From Lama guanicoe (taxonomy: Eukaryota): a stretch of DNA of 64,000 nt. Below are positions 52,113-64,000 of the stretch, piece by piece. Location: the NCBI GenBank assembly GCA_013239625.1, contig MU053557.1, forward strand, positions 4,618,123-4,682,122, in the 5' to 3' direction. A model generated the notes under the pieces. That model was not told the origin of the DNA, ran no database searches, and saw nothing but the letters and a program-made list of their open reading frames with translations. Position numbers and translations under genes: made by a program. Every line of letters starts with the position of its first letter. Position 1 is the stretch's first letter.

Positions 52113-54424
52113 GTGAGTCGTCCACACTGGGTGCCTCCCTGTCCGTGTCGCCGTCTCCCAGGGCTCCCCATCCCAGCTTCGTTCACTGCTTCTGCAGCCT
52201 GGAGGGAAGTGGGGGAGGTTCCCACCCTGGAGGACTCCTGAAGCATGACCCAGTTGGCATACAGCCCAGACTCACAAGCTTCCTGAAGCACAGATGCGGG
52301 GGAAACAGGCTGCCCAACTATAAATAGGGGTGGCCTGTGCCACATATGGCCACTTGGGTGGCTCTCCTGGGATGAGTGGGGCCCCGCTCTTATCTCCCCT
52401 CATGCCCAAGCTCCCGGGGGCATCCCAACAGAGCTGATCAAGTGTTTTCCACCAGTGGCTCTCTCAGTTTTACAAACTCCACTGAAAAAAAAAATGCAGA
52501 CATATCTTAAGAAAAGAGAGAACATGAGAGAATGCCGCAAGGGCTGTGCTAGTGTCCCTTAGGGTGTGTTCTGTGGACCACGGAGTCAGCTTCACTGCAG
52601 AGCTGGTAGAAATACAGATTTCGGGACCTACTTTGGATTTGTAGGAATAGAACCTAGGAATCTGTGTCCTTAATAAGCTTCCCGGGTGATTCATTCACTG
52701 CTCCTAAGACTGGGAAGTACTGTCTAGGTAGGTAGGGGACACCTGCCGTGCCATCATAAAGGTCATGTTCTGTCACCAAAGCATAGATCTGGGGCTAGAG
52801 GAAACTGAGGATCACTGGTGTACCTTGGAACAGTCATTCTAATTTGTGGAACGTCCATTCCACTCAAGTGTGTCTGCTGGTAAGACACTGAAATCACTGT
52901 CCCGGATGCCCTTGTCAGGCCACGTACTGCGTGTGCCCACACACACAGGCCCAGTCCCCTGGGTCTCAGCAAGCCAGGCTAGGCTCCAGGTTCTTTCATG
53001 TTAGGTGACACTCTCACTGGCCTCATCGGCAGAATCAATGAAAACCCATTAGCCTCCTGTGCTGCATCTCTGTATAGTGCAGGGGCTGTCAGCCACGGCA
53101 CCAGCACAGTCAGCATGCTAGGATGCATCCAACCAAGGAGAATGAGCACAGAACACCCCGAGTCAGCAGGGCTCAGTTCCCAGAGGCTTCACTGGAGTCC
53201 ACCCAACATGGTGAGCCAGTGGGGAGGCTCCCTTCCTCGCCCTTCCTTCCTTTCAGTTGAATCAGATCTGTTCCCAGCCCTTCCTTTGGTATCTTCGGTA
53301 ACGCTCAAGAACAAGTTGCTGCTCTGAGCAGGTTTCCATCTCAAGGTGGCTGAGTGCACTCACTGTTTCATAACTCCTTGAAAGCATCATCCAGAATGAC
53401 AGCAAGGCCGGGGTGCTGGGATGCAGGACCACAGCCCCATGGCTGATGCTGCTGAGGTGCCCAGACACCAGCAGGACAACGTGTGACACCAGAGCGAGTA
53501 GCCAGCTGAAGTGAAGAGGCTGCCAACCTCCTGAGTGACACACAGCAGTTATGTAGCCTCCCTGAGGCTCAGTTTACCCAGCTTTGTGGAAAGCAGATGT
53601 ATCAGTATTCAGGAATGAAGCTGACATACATCATAGTGTGTAAAATGCTCTCTAAATATAAAGTGAGGGATGCTGTTGGCTTGGAGGTTTAATCTAGAAA
53701 ACATACCAAAGGAGAACTGAGAATGAGATTCCTGAATCTGTTATTATTTCGCTTGGCTTGTGTTGTGTGTTACTGTGTGCCTTTGGGATCTCGGACAGGT
53801 GTGAGATTTTCTAGGCTGAGTATGGAAGCCCCTCATGGGAGCATGTCCACAGAGAGAGGCTGCTGAATATTTCCACCATAATTCTGCAGATAAGGAGGCG
53901 GAAGAAGGCAAGGAAGAGTGAGTACAGGGCAGCAAGTGAGCACGTGGGCAGTCTCCCGGGACAAGGCTATGATCATGGTTCATCTTGTTATTCACATCAG
54001 TTTGTGGATCTGCAGGGCATGTTGCATAGAAATGCTTTCTCCCCAAAGGTGGTCATTGTCCATGCTGCAAATGCAGGGCAGCCTCCTGACTCAAGGGGCA
54101 GTTGGAAGGCCTGCTGAGTTCCCCAAGGATGGAGGGAACCAAAGGCAGATTCGAGAGAGTGCTAAGATGAAGAACATATCATGGAAAAGGAAAAAGGAGG
54201 AGGAAACATTTGTTGTATTTTTGAGCAACAGGAGTTTGAGGTTTCATCCCTGGACGGTGAATAAAGACATTCTGGAAAAGCAGGAGCAGTATCTACTCAA
54301 AGAAGATGAAGAAGAAGACTTAGGAACTGTCAAGAGGAAAGAATCATGTTACTTATTGGAGGCAGAAGAAATGTTTCCTCACAGACCTCACTGAGAAGAA
54401 CCAGGAGCAGAAACAGCGTCACTG

Positions 54425-55095
54425 TCATCCTACCATCAGGACTAACATCACCACCACCACCACCACCACCACCATCATTTCCACCATCAGGACTACCATC
54501 ACCACCACCACTGCCATCATTACCACCATCTCCACAATCACCACCACCACCATCATTACCACCATCATGACTACCATCACCACCACCACTGCCATCATTA
54601 CCACCATCTCCACAATCACCACCACCATCATCATTACCACCATCTCCACAATCACCACCACCACCATCATTACCACCATCATGACTACCATCACCACCAC
54701 CACTGCCATCATTTCCAGCACCTCCACAATCACCACCACCACCATCATTACCACGATCAGGACTACCATCACCATCACTACCACCACCGCCGTCATTACC
54801 ACCATCTCCACAATCACCACCACCACCACCATTACCACCATCATGACTACCATCACCACCACCACTGCCATCATTACCACCATCTCCACAATCACCACCA
54901 CCATCATTACCACCATCATGACTACCATCACCACCACCACTGCCATCATTTCCACCATCTCCACAATCACCACCACCATCATTACCACCATCATGACTAC
55001 CATCACCACCACCACTGCCATCATTTCCACCATCTCCACAATCACCACCACCAACTCCAACACCATCCCCATCACCAGCACTACCGTTAGGCACC
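54425..55095. repeat. CAC/CAT triplet-based minisatellite with a ~75-78-bp higher-order unit
   Basis: Repeated unit accaccaccatcattaccaccatcatgactaccatcaccaccaccactgccatcattaccaccatctccacaatc; minus-frame repeat GGGDCGDGGNDGSGGGDGSHDGGND. Confidence 0.95.
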
Positions 55096-55194
55096 ACTGC
55101 TAACACTGAACGGCTGTTCCTATTGCCAGCGCAGACCTCACTGAGAAGAATAAGCAGCAGCATCACCATCACCACCAAAACCACCGCCATCGCA

Positions 55195-55430
55195 ACCGCT
55201 AACACTGACTGACCGTTAACTGTTGTCAGGCGCAACACCGTGTTTTCCATGTATGACATCTCATTTGATGGTTACAACAACTCTGAGAGAGATAAGAGTA
55301 ATTGTTTTTAGATGAGGAAACCGATTCAGAAAGCATACATGACTTGCCCAGAGTCACACAGATGGTGGTCATGGACCTGGAATGTGAGCCCAGGCAGTCT
55401 GGCTTTGGAGTCTATTCCCTTAACGCACCC
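55195..55430 (-). mobile_element. MIR SINE
   Basis: atctcatttgat...acaacaactctgaga...gatgaggaaac...gacttgcccagagtcacacag...cccaggcagtctggct. Confidence 0.75.
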
Positions 55431-58392
55431 TGTTCCAGAGACATGACTTGCTAATAGGAAGGGTCCTGTCTTCCTGGCTTAGTTGCTTAAAACAAGAGGG
55501 GAACTTGCTATGACTCACCAGCCCACCCATTTTTGATCTAAGTGGAATGAATGACAGTCCAAAAAAACTAAAAATAGCTGTCTGGGGTCTTTAGAGACTC
55601 CAGTGAACTAAGGAATTTAGGAGGAACAGGTGGTGGCGGCATACTTCCTGCCAGCTGAAGGTTGTGATTTTGGAATAAAGGGGAACGTATGAGGAATGGA
55701 GCGGACGGCTGGCTCTGCAGAATCCAGCCTGGGACAGGGTGTGGTTTTCCTGACCCTACTTATTACACCAGACCCATGGGCTCCAGGATGGGGAGCCTGA
55801 GGCTCCACCAGTGGCCAAGAGTGAAAGTTGGAAGAAGGAGGAGAAAAAGGTCCTGGTCAATGTGAAGCCAGTACAGCCAGGGGACCAGCAGTGTAACAGG
55901 GAAAGAAAAACCACCTGGAGAAGTTGTCTCAGAATTTTCAGGACTCCGCAGGCCTTCCCTACATCAGGAGTATTGCTTCTGACCTCAGATCAGAAATGAG
56001 ATAATGCACAGAGTGTGGGTTAAAAACCTGAGAACTTGAAATAATAATGGTAACAAGCACTTGTTGGGTACACACGTGCCAAGCACTGTGCTGAGTGCTT
56101 CCAGACCTTACTTCAGTCCATCTTCACACCTGTGTTGGGAGGGAAATACTCAGATAAGGAAGCTGAGCCTTCACGGTCGTACAACCAGGAGGCTGGGGAG
56201 CTGGGATTCTCGCCTCAGCCAGCCTTTCTCCGCTCACCCTCACCTCTCAGCCCACCCTCTCGCACTACACTGTACCATCTCCTAAACTTCAACTAAGGTG
56301 CCAGCTCATCTTAGATGTATCAGTGCAGCTTGGAAGAGATGGGATTCGTCCCTCGAATGTGGTCACAGAGGGTGCAGCTCTTCACAGAAGGTTTAATGGA
56401 GGGATCAACAGGGGTGCTGGTGGCCAGCCCTGTGTCTATCCCCGTGAAATCCGCAAGTGAGTCTGCTCAGTGACTGACCGTGTCAGACAAGGAGGAGTGA
56501 AGTGTAAGGAGTCGAGGGGAAGAAGGAAACTTTAGCTGTCTTTAATACGTGAAGAAACTGTCATGTGGGGAAAGAGGTAGATTACTCTTGGCTGCACAAA
56601 AGGGAGAGCGTCACAAGGAGTCAGGTCTTAGCTCCATATGAAAAAGACAGTCTCACCTGTCTGAAGGCAAAGCGGACTTCCTCAAGATGCGGCGAGCTGC
56701 CCACCCTCTGCCCCTGCAGAGGAGGGTGCCCACCTGCTGAGAATGCTATGGATTCCTGCACTGGGTGGGACTTTGACCCAATGCTCCGTGATCTCTGAGC
56801 TCCTATGGAATCGCTTACCCCTATCGAGGAGGCCCAGAGTGACACAAGTTCAGCATTTGTGGCCTCGAAAGCTGGACCAGATGCCTGAGCCCTCAGGGTT
56901 TTCTATACTGAACATGCATGAGTCACTTCAGACGCCTGTCTGTCTATAAAAGAGGAGGGGGGAACCTGACCTCTCTAAACTCTGACATTCTAAAGACTGT
57001 GATTATTGGGGTGGAGTGAGGGTAGACATACTCCTGGAGAAAAGAAAGGAAAAAAATTAATTCTAAAACTGTTCCCCCTGCTCCCGTTTGAAAGTTTGGA
57101 GCTTGAAGCGTTTTGCAGTGGGCGACCTTCCTGCCACCAGCTTGCACTAAGGGATGTTAGAAAAGCACTGTGCGGCCAAGAGGCGGGTAGTGCAGAGACT
57201 GCCTGCACACACGCTTCATCAGGGCCCAGAGCCTCCCCACCGCCTGCTGGGCACGCCGCCTTCCTAGACGCAGGAACCCATCATCTCCTCTCCCAAGACT
57301 GGCTCCCAGCTGGATGTGAGAGCTTCAGCCAGCTCTCCCAGGTTCTCCCCACTGCTTCCAAGCGTGCATTTGCCTTTGGTGCCAAGAAGGAGGCTCGTCC
57401 TCTGGTAAACTTTGCCCCATGACCCTTTCCTCCTCCAAAGTGAGACATCCTGTCGGCTAGGCCTGAATTCCCAGCATCTCCCAAGTACCTTGGATGCTGC
57501 CTGCATTTCCTGCCCCTCCCCAGACATTGAGCAACAGGCAGACTTTGCCCCCCCCACCATTCTGTTTACCCTAGTGCATGGCCCTGGGTGACAGGGACGG
57601 AGAGCGAGGGCACCTTTCTGCTCTGGATCAGTCTCATCAGACTCTGTAATCCTTGCTACTTGGGGAGGCAGATGTTTGGTATATATCCCGTTGGGGCGGG
57701 GGTGCACATGGTAAATTCTGTCCTTTGCCCAGATGCTCTAAGGCCTGCTCTTTTGTGCTCAATCAGCAGATGTGCTGTGAATTCTTACTGTGTGCCGAGC
57801 ATAGTGCTGGATGAGAGAATAGACTTAACCCCGACACACACAAATCACAGATGCGGCCCTTGCCATGTTTGCCTGAGCAAACAAGCCTAACGGTGGGGGA
57901 AAATAGATCCTAAGCCTGACTTCTGGAGCGAGGCTTCTCAAACTCTGCTGGGCTTGGAGATCTTGATAAAAGTCAGTCGGTCTGGGTGGGGCCTGCAGAA
58001 CTGCACATTTGTGAGCTCCCGGCTGATACTGATGCCGCAGGTTCCCAGGTCACGGAGAGCAGCATGAGCTCAGTTAGAACTTGAGGGCAGGCCAGAGCAG
58101 TGCACGGCCTGCTCTGGATGAACCGTGGTCATGATGAGCAGCAGGGAACTTTCTGGAGGAAACTTGGGATGTCCTTTCTGCCTCACACCGGAACCTCTGG
58201 TCTAGAGGCCAGGCCTCCATTGGCCTTTCCCTCACCTGTGCAGAGTCTCTGGACAGATGCCAGTGCCAAGGTAGGGGCTGTTGGGGAAAAGCTGGCGTTC
58301 AGGGAGGGGTTTCCTTGGCTCAGGCGTGCGATGAGGGCGGGGGTCAAGGGGCCTGGGGTGCTTTGCTCAGCGGCGTCCTCCTGTCTTTGCAG

Positions 58393-58519
58393 ACTGTGCC
58401 GGGTGCAAGGAGGAGATCAAGCACGGCCAGTCGCTCCTGGCGCTGGACAAACAATGGCACGTCAGCTGCTTCAAATGCCAGACCTGCAGCGTCATCCTCA
58501 CCGGGGAATACATCAGCAA
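58393..58519 (+). CDS. ABLIM3: ABLIM3 coding exon (127 nt, phase 1-2): HCAGCKEEIKHGQSLLALDKQWHVSCFKCQTCSVILTGEYISK
   Basis: Acceptor tctttgcag| and donor agcaa|gtgggt. C|AC=His junction. LIM3. Confidence 0.97.
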
Positions 58520-59519
58520 GTGGGTCTCTCTGCCTCCCCTCCCCCGGCCTGGGCCTCTGCATTCTGCCAGGCCTGGCTGCCTGCGGCCTTGCCTGACTCT
58601 CCAACAGTGTCTCCATCCAGTCACCGCACTCTGGCCACACACAGCCCCTCACCCACCTCGGGCCCACTCTTGGTGCTTCCTCTGCCTGAGATGCTCTCCC
58701 CCTTCTGCACATGCTCACTGCTTCCTTCTTTCTGCTCTCGAGTCCCACACCCTCTCCCCAGAGGTGGCCTCCTACCACCTCTTACCACCTCCAGGCCCCC
58801 AACACTGGCCCTCCCAGTGGCCCTCATTCTGCGCATTCGTTTCTTTCATACAGGCCGGCACCATTGACAGTTACATATTTATCCATGCTCACTTTTTAAT
58901 AATGATAATCATGCTAGCTACCATTTATGGAGTTCTTATTACGTACAAGGAATGTACTAACAGCTGTGTTCAAGTTATCACATTAAACCCCACGACTACC
59001 CCTGTGAAATGTTTATCTCTATTTGAAAAGCTGTGGAAACTGAGTCTCAGAGAGTAAGTACCTTGCTCCAGTAATTATATTTAGTGTCTGTCCTTGCCGG
59101 GGAGGGACTATATTTAATTCACTGCTGCCTTTAGCACAATGCCTGACCCATGGTCAGTAACACAGTTGTCGAATGAATTGAGATAAGAGGTGACGGACAC
59201 ACAGCTATGAGGAGAGAGGGCCAGCCCCACTGACCTGCACACTGAGCACTAGGCAAGCCCCCCTTGCTGCCAGGCCCTCGTGACCACATTTACACACTCA
59301 AGTACCTTAAAGAAATTGGGTCCGCAGGCTCTCAGAGCTTTGACACTTTATGACCCGGATGCTTTCTACGTATCACTCTCTGGCCCGATGCTAGGACGTA
59401 ATGAGCATGTAAAGTTGTAGCACACGTGGTTTCTGCTGTCAAGAAATAAGGGTGATAAGCTATATACATAAAAATATATAACTCCAGGGGATACATGATT
59501 GGGAGCTCAAGGGAGTTCT

Positions 59520-60090
59520 GTTCTTTAAGACTTTTTCCACCGTAAGTGGCAGAAAACCCGACTCAAACTCCCTTAAAAGCAAAAATGGGAGTTTGTTGAC
59601 TCATGGAAATGGGAAGACCAGAGGCATGCTGGCTTCCGGTGTGGCTGAAACTAGGGACTTGAAGGTGCCATTAGCACTTCAGAAGCCCGCCCCTCTCTTC
59701 TCCCTCTCTCTCCCCCTCCCACTCTCCCTCCCTCTCTCTCTCAGCTCTGCCTTCCTCTGTGTTTGATTCATTTTGAAGCAGGCCTGCCCAAGGTGATAGC
59801 AAAGATGATCACCAGCAACTCCAGGCTTTCAATTGATCCGCTTCGCAAGCCTGGCAGAGAGAGAGGTGCCTCTTCCCCAAGAACTCCAGCGAAAGTCCCA
59901 CAGCTGCCCCTGATCTGGCCACTGTTGGTCACATGCCGACTCCTGGCCAGGAGGATCTGAGCCCTTGAGCCAGAGAGCAGCCCTTTGTGAGCCCCTTGTA
60001 ACTACAAGTGGGCAGGGGTGGTTCCCAGGAAATCTCAGGCCAGGTACTGCTGCCGGCGGAAGGGGAGGTAGACACTGGCCAGACAGCACT
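59520..60090. mobile_element. Old MLT1 (J/K-like) LTR
   Basis: gtaagtggcagaaaacccgactcaaact...ctcagctctgccttcctctgtg...ggtcacatgcc; similar tracts near 21.7-22.1 kb. Confidence 0.55.
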
Positions 60091-62291
60091 TCTGTCAGGG
60101 GTCTAAGCGAAGGGCTGTGACTGTTCAAAGAAAGGAGTGACCACTTGTAGCTAGCAGGAAGTTGAATCTGGGGTATGTGAGAGCTTTGTGAAGTCTGGTG
60201 GTGTTTGGGCTGCACCTTGAAAAGGCGTGTGTAGTTTGAAAATGTAGCTTGTAGGCAGAATGGCCAGCCTGGACAGAGCAGAAGGTGCCGGACACATCCA
60301 TCCTGTTTGCTGGAACTCAGGCATGCACACAGGTGAAGCAGGGTCCAAGGCTGTGAAGGTGACCTGAGGTTCCAGCACCGAGGGCTTTGAATGCCATGTT
60401 AGTGGGAGTTTGGCATGCACTTCTGTGCCTGCCAAGTAAGGAGTGCCCTTGGTGAGTCACCAGCCAGGAGCTCTTGAGTCTGTGAGCCTAAGTTTGAATT
60501 CTTTAGGGGAGTTAGTGTTTGTTCCTCTCAAATAGACACAGCCCAGATTGCCAACCATGCCTCGGGCCTCTGTGGCCTGGCTCTGGGCTCTTCATCTGTC
60601 TGCCAGCAGATTGGCAGGTGCTCAGAGGCGCTGGCTCTGGCGTTGATGCCTGGGTGAGAAGCCCAGTCCACAAGACCTTGGCAAGAGACTCAACTTCTCC
60701 AAGTCTCAGTTTCCTCATTTACAAAAACAGGGCTAAGAGGAAGATCCATCTCACAGGTTTGTGTAAAGGCTCAGAGATCTGTGCTTTGTACCTAATCACT
60801 ACTCAGTAAATGTTCATTTTTACCATCTGCCTCTTCTTAGAATCATGTATATTACAAATTCTCCAAGGCCTCACCACCTTCATGGGTCCACATGAGGAGG
60901 TGTTGGCATTTATACTCAAATTTTGCTGGCTTATTTGTACCTGTCTCCTGACAAATGGTTTTATCTCCCTGCAGGGTCACCCAGAGTGTGGGAGGGCTGT
61001 AGGTGGGGGAGGCTTGTCTTGTGGACTCACAAACAAGTCTCCCCTCCTGACTTTGCTGGGCACAGGTCCTCACTGCCTTCAGGAAACACTGACTGTCCTG
61101 CTGCCCAGGGTGGGCTCCCAGCAGTCCCCACATGGCAGCAACTTGGAGATGGAGCAATGACATGCCTTTTCTTTAGGGCTCTCTGTGTGTAAGCGAGTTC
61201 TATAGCCCCCAAAAGATGTCGTCAGCATTTTAGAGAGATGTGGTCGGACCTAGTCCTTAGAGCTAGACAGGGCCCGAGCTGGGCTGAGGTCTCTGCTGCC
61301 CCCGACCATCTCCACGTTGGCCCCAAACAGCCTCCTTAAAGTCCCCTCTCAGCAGTCGTGGGGATTCCTCTAGCTGCCATCTGCCGAGTGTGCATACAGG
61401 CTGGGACTCACTGGAGCCATGTCCAGCCTGGTGAGAAACCAGACCGTCTGGGTTTGAACCAGCTCTAGGTCATCCACATTGGGTTTCCTCATCCACACGT
61501 GGATCATTCCAACCTTGTAGGGCTGCTGTAAGGATTAAATGAAATAACCTATGTAAAACACCATCAGAGAGCCTGGCACAGACCGAGCAGTAAGTATCAG
61601 TGGTCACTGGCAGTAGAGGGTAGTGTAAGAATAACTAACAGTAATCTTGTCCCTGCCCAGTAAATTGTAAGCACTGGACAAGAATGGAGCACACAGCAGG
61701 TCGTCGGGGAGGCTCCTGTTTTCTGCTGATCCAGGAGCACAATCAGATGATTCTTTCAGTACGGGTGAAGTGTTCTGTTAGAAGCCCTTAAGGATGTGCA
61801 AAAAATCCATCCTACTGATGACCTCCTGGAAGGGAAACAGGGAGAGGCTGAGCGGAGGGTGAAGACTTTTACCTTTGTGCCTTTGCAATGTGCCAAATGC
61901 AAAGATTACCTATTCTAAATAAAATAAATGTTTTTTTTAAATGATTTTTTTAAAAGAGCCCTTTGGGGTGAAGGGCAGAGAGCAGGTCAGGAGAATTTGT
62001 GGGGAGGGAGAAGAACGAGAGTAGAAAAGGGACACTCACGGCCAGCGGCAGGCCAGTGGTTCCCAGGCCTGCTCGGGGGGTTGGCCAAGACGCAGATTCA
62101 GGGGCTCCCTTCCCAGGAACTGTCTGATTTTGTAAAGCTTGAGGGGTGTCCAGGGAGTTGGCATCTTTAACGGCTCCCTGAGTGCTTCTGATCTTGGCCC
62201 AGTCACAGTTGGCTACAGGCCTGGGATGCCTTACATGGCACCCCCGTGGACCCCCCTAACTTCCTCTTCCTGTGTGGATTTCCTCTTGCAG

Positions 62292-62385
62292 GGACGGCGT
62301 TCCATACTGTGAGTCTGACTACCACTCCCAGTTTGGCATTAAATGTGAGACTTGTGACCGGTACATCAGCGGCAGGGTCTTAGAG
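62292..62385 (+). CDS. ABLIM3: ABLIM3 coding exon (94 nt, phase 2-0): DGVPYCESDYHSQFGIKCETCDRYISGRVLE
   Basis: Acceptor cctcttgcag| and donor gag|gtgagt. AA|G=Lys junction. End of LIM3 and start of LIM4. Too short to appear in the ORF track. Confidence 0.96.
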
Positions 62386-63299
62386 GTGAGTGGGTACAAG
62401 TAACTGTGAAGATGTTTGAGCAGGCTGGGTTTTGACTCCAAAAAGTCAGCACTGAGGAAGAAGAAAGTCACCCTACACCCCTTTTTCCATAGCCTCCACC
62501 TCCCTGCTTTCTCTACCCCAATTTAGCTTGCTACATGACCTTGAACAGATAACCTTGCCTCTCTGGGTACCCCCAAAATGAGAGGCTGGACAAAATGACT
62601 CCTTGCTTAGAAAATGCTGTGTTGGGAATATCAGTTGCTTTTCTGGATTCAGACCCAGAGAGATTACTGGTGAGTGACAATCATGATTTTCTTCCCAGCC
62701 CTGCCTAAAGCCATTTGTTTTTTAAGCATTTGGTAATGCACTGATTTAAGAACCAGTTTGTCTAGCATCCTGCTCCCTAAGCCCTTCTTTGGCTGGTCCA
62801 TCACCATGGCAACAGCTTTCCTCTGCCTCTGATGCACAGTTCACTCTGCCAGTGACAGACAACCTGCAGCACCTTTTCTGAACCCTTGCCTGAGCCCCCT
62901 GTCCACTAGCCTTCCTGGACTCTCCCCCCACCCACTGTGGGCCCAGGAAGCTTTCTTCATGCTTTGGGACCACCCACCTTCAGGAATCAGAAACAGGAAA
63001 GAGCTTGGTGCAAATGAAAACCAGTAGCCTAAGAGTAGAAACAGTTTCGTGCTAATATTAACTCAGTTGCTAACTCATGCTGAGATTTGGGGTGAATATC
63101 TTTGCCTTTCTAAGCCTGAGTTTCCTTATCTGACAATGGCTGGGAGACAGCAGACTGGGTCAGGTCTTAAAAGCAGAATCATTAATTCTGACAAATCTGG
63201 CCAATTAGTCATGGTTACCTGGAGTCAGCACTGTGTTGAGAAGGATTCTGCAGCCGCATCTGGGTGCAGCAGGGGAGAATGTAGAAACCAGGAAAGGAC

Positions 63300-63900
63300 T
63301 ATTTGAAGAGATGCACTGAAGCTGAGCCTCAGGATGAGAAGGAAGCTGTCATGTGAAGAGCTAGAGGAAGAATGAGCGTGACCCTTTCAGGGAACAGAGA
63401 AAAAGGCTGGTGTGGCTGAATTCTATAAATTGGGGCTGGGGGAGGATGAGTGTGTTGTAAAGGCCATGTCATATAAATCTCTGTAGACCTGTCTAGGAGT
63501 TTGCAGTTTACAGCAAGTACAGTGGAAAGCCATCGGAGAGTTCTAAACCAAAGAGCAACATGATAAGATAATGCTTTTAAAAGGTTGTAGGGAATCAGAG
63601 AGAATAAGATAAACAAATGCACAGAGTTGATAAACCATCAAGCATTTCCAGGGAGCGGGAGCAGCAGGAGTGCAGGGTAGAGGATGAGGCATGAAACAGG
63701 AGCCCAGGAAGGGTTTGGGCCCCTGTTTCTGAGGGCCCGATACCAGGGTGAGGAGTTTGTAATTCACTGAGCAACAGGGGGTTGTGGAAAGATGAGATGG
63801 AAGTGACCTGCTTTGAGCTACACCCTACGGAGGGTAAGAGGCTTAATTTAGAGGAAAGAAACTAGAAGTGGGAGACCAGCACGGAGGCCATGGCCTCGCA
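63300..63900. mobile_element. L2 LINE remnant
   Basis: ctgaagctgagcctcaggatgagaagg...ggagtttgcagttta...ggaaagccatcggagagttctaa...agcaacatgataagat. Confidence 0.6.
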
Positions 63901-64000
63901 GGAACAGGAGGTATAGTGGCAATGGAAGGGGCAGTCACCCTGTCTGCAACACTGTGGGAGTAGAAGTCCAGCAGCTTTGCAACCGGGGCAATTTGTAGAC

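Noticed and set aside
54382..55150. Direct repeats and a periodic array suggestive of CRISPR or a transposon TSD
   Set aside because: No unique spacers, eukaryotic context, and homology extends beyond the 19-mer, which fits tandem duplication plus slippage.
58100..58867. 255-aa plus-strand ORF
   Set aside because: Overlaps the ABLIM3 exon in a different frame in GC-rich sequence; no recognisable domain.
58921..58930. Perfect CArG box CCATTTATGG
   Set aside because: Single motif in a MIR tail-like sequence; expected by chance at this window size.

Overview
Mammalian genomic DNA covering the 5' part of ABLIM3 (actin-binding LIM protein 3) on the + strand. The tRNA-derived SINE and young L1 families suggest a camelid (inference). 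Five internal coding exons (37811-37948, 49950-50133, 52000-52112, 58393-58519, 62292-62385) splice in frame via GT-AG sites and encode LIM1-LIM3 and the start of LIM4. The ATG exon lies upstream of the window, so 1-37810 is one large intron. The rest is intronic and repeat-rich: L1s of several ages, three tRNA-derived SINEs with TSDs, MLT1 LTRs, hAT MERs, MIR/L2, microsatellites and a ~700-bp CAC/CAT minisatellite. I found no prokaryote-style novel system. Best observations: (1) a young 5'-truncated antisense L1 whose uninterrupted 1013-aa, endonuclease-less RT ORF gets an in-frame ATG from its own target-site duplication; (2) a probable unidentified processed pseudogene at 26.9-27.7 kb; (3) two L1s inserted successively at one site, leaving a triplicated target; (4) a minisatellite that grew inside one copy of a ~100-bp tandem duplication; (5) MEF2/AP-1/TEAD motif clusters. 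Boundaries of old repeats are approximate and family names come from recall, not a search.
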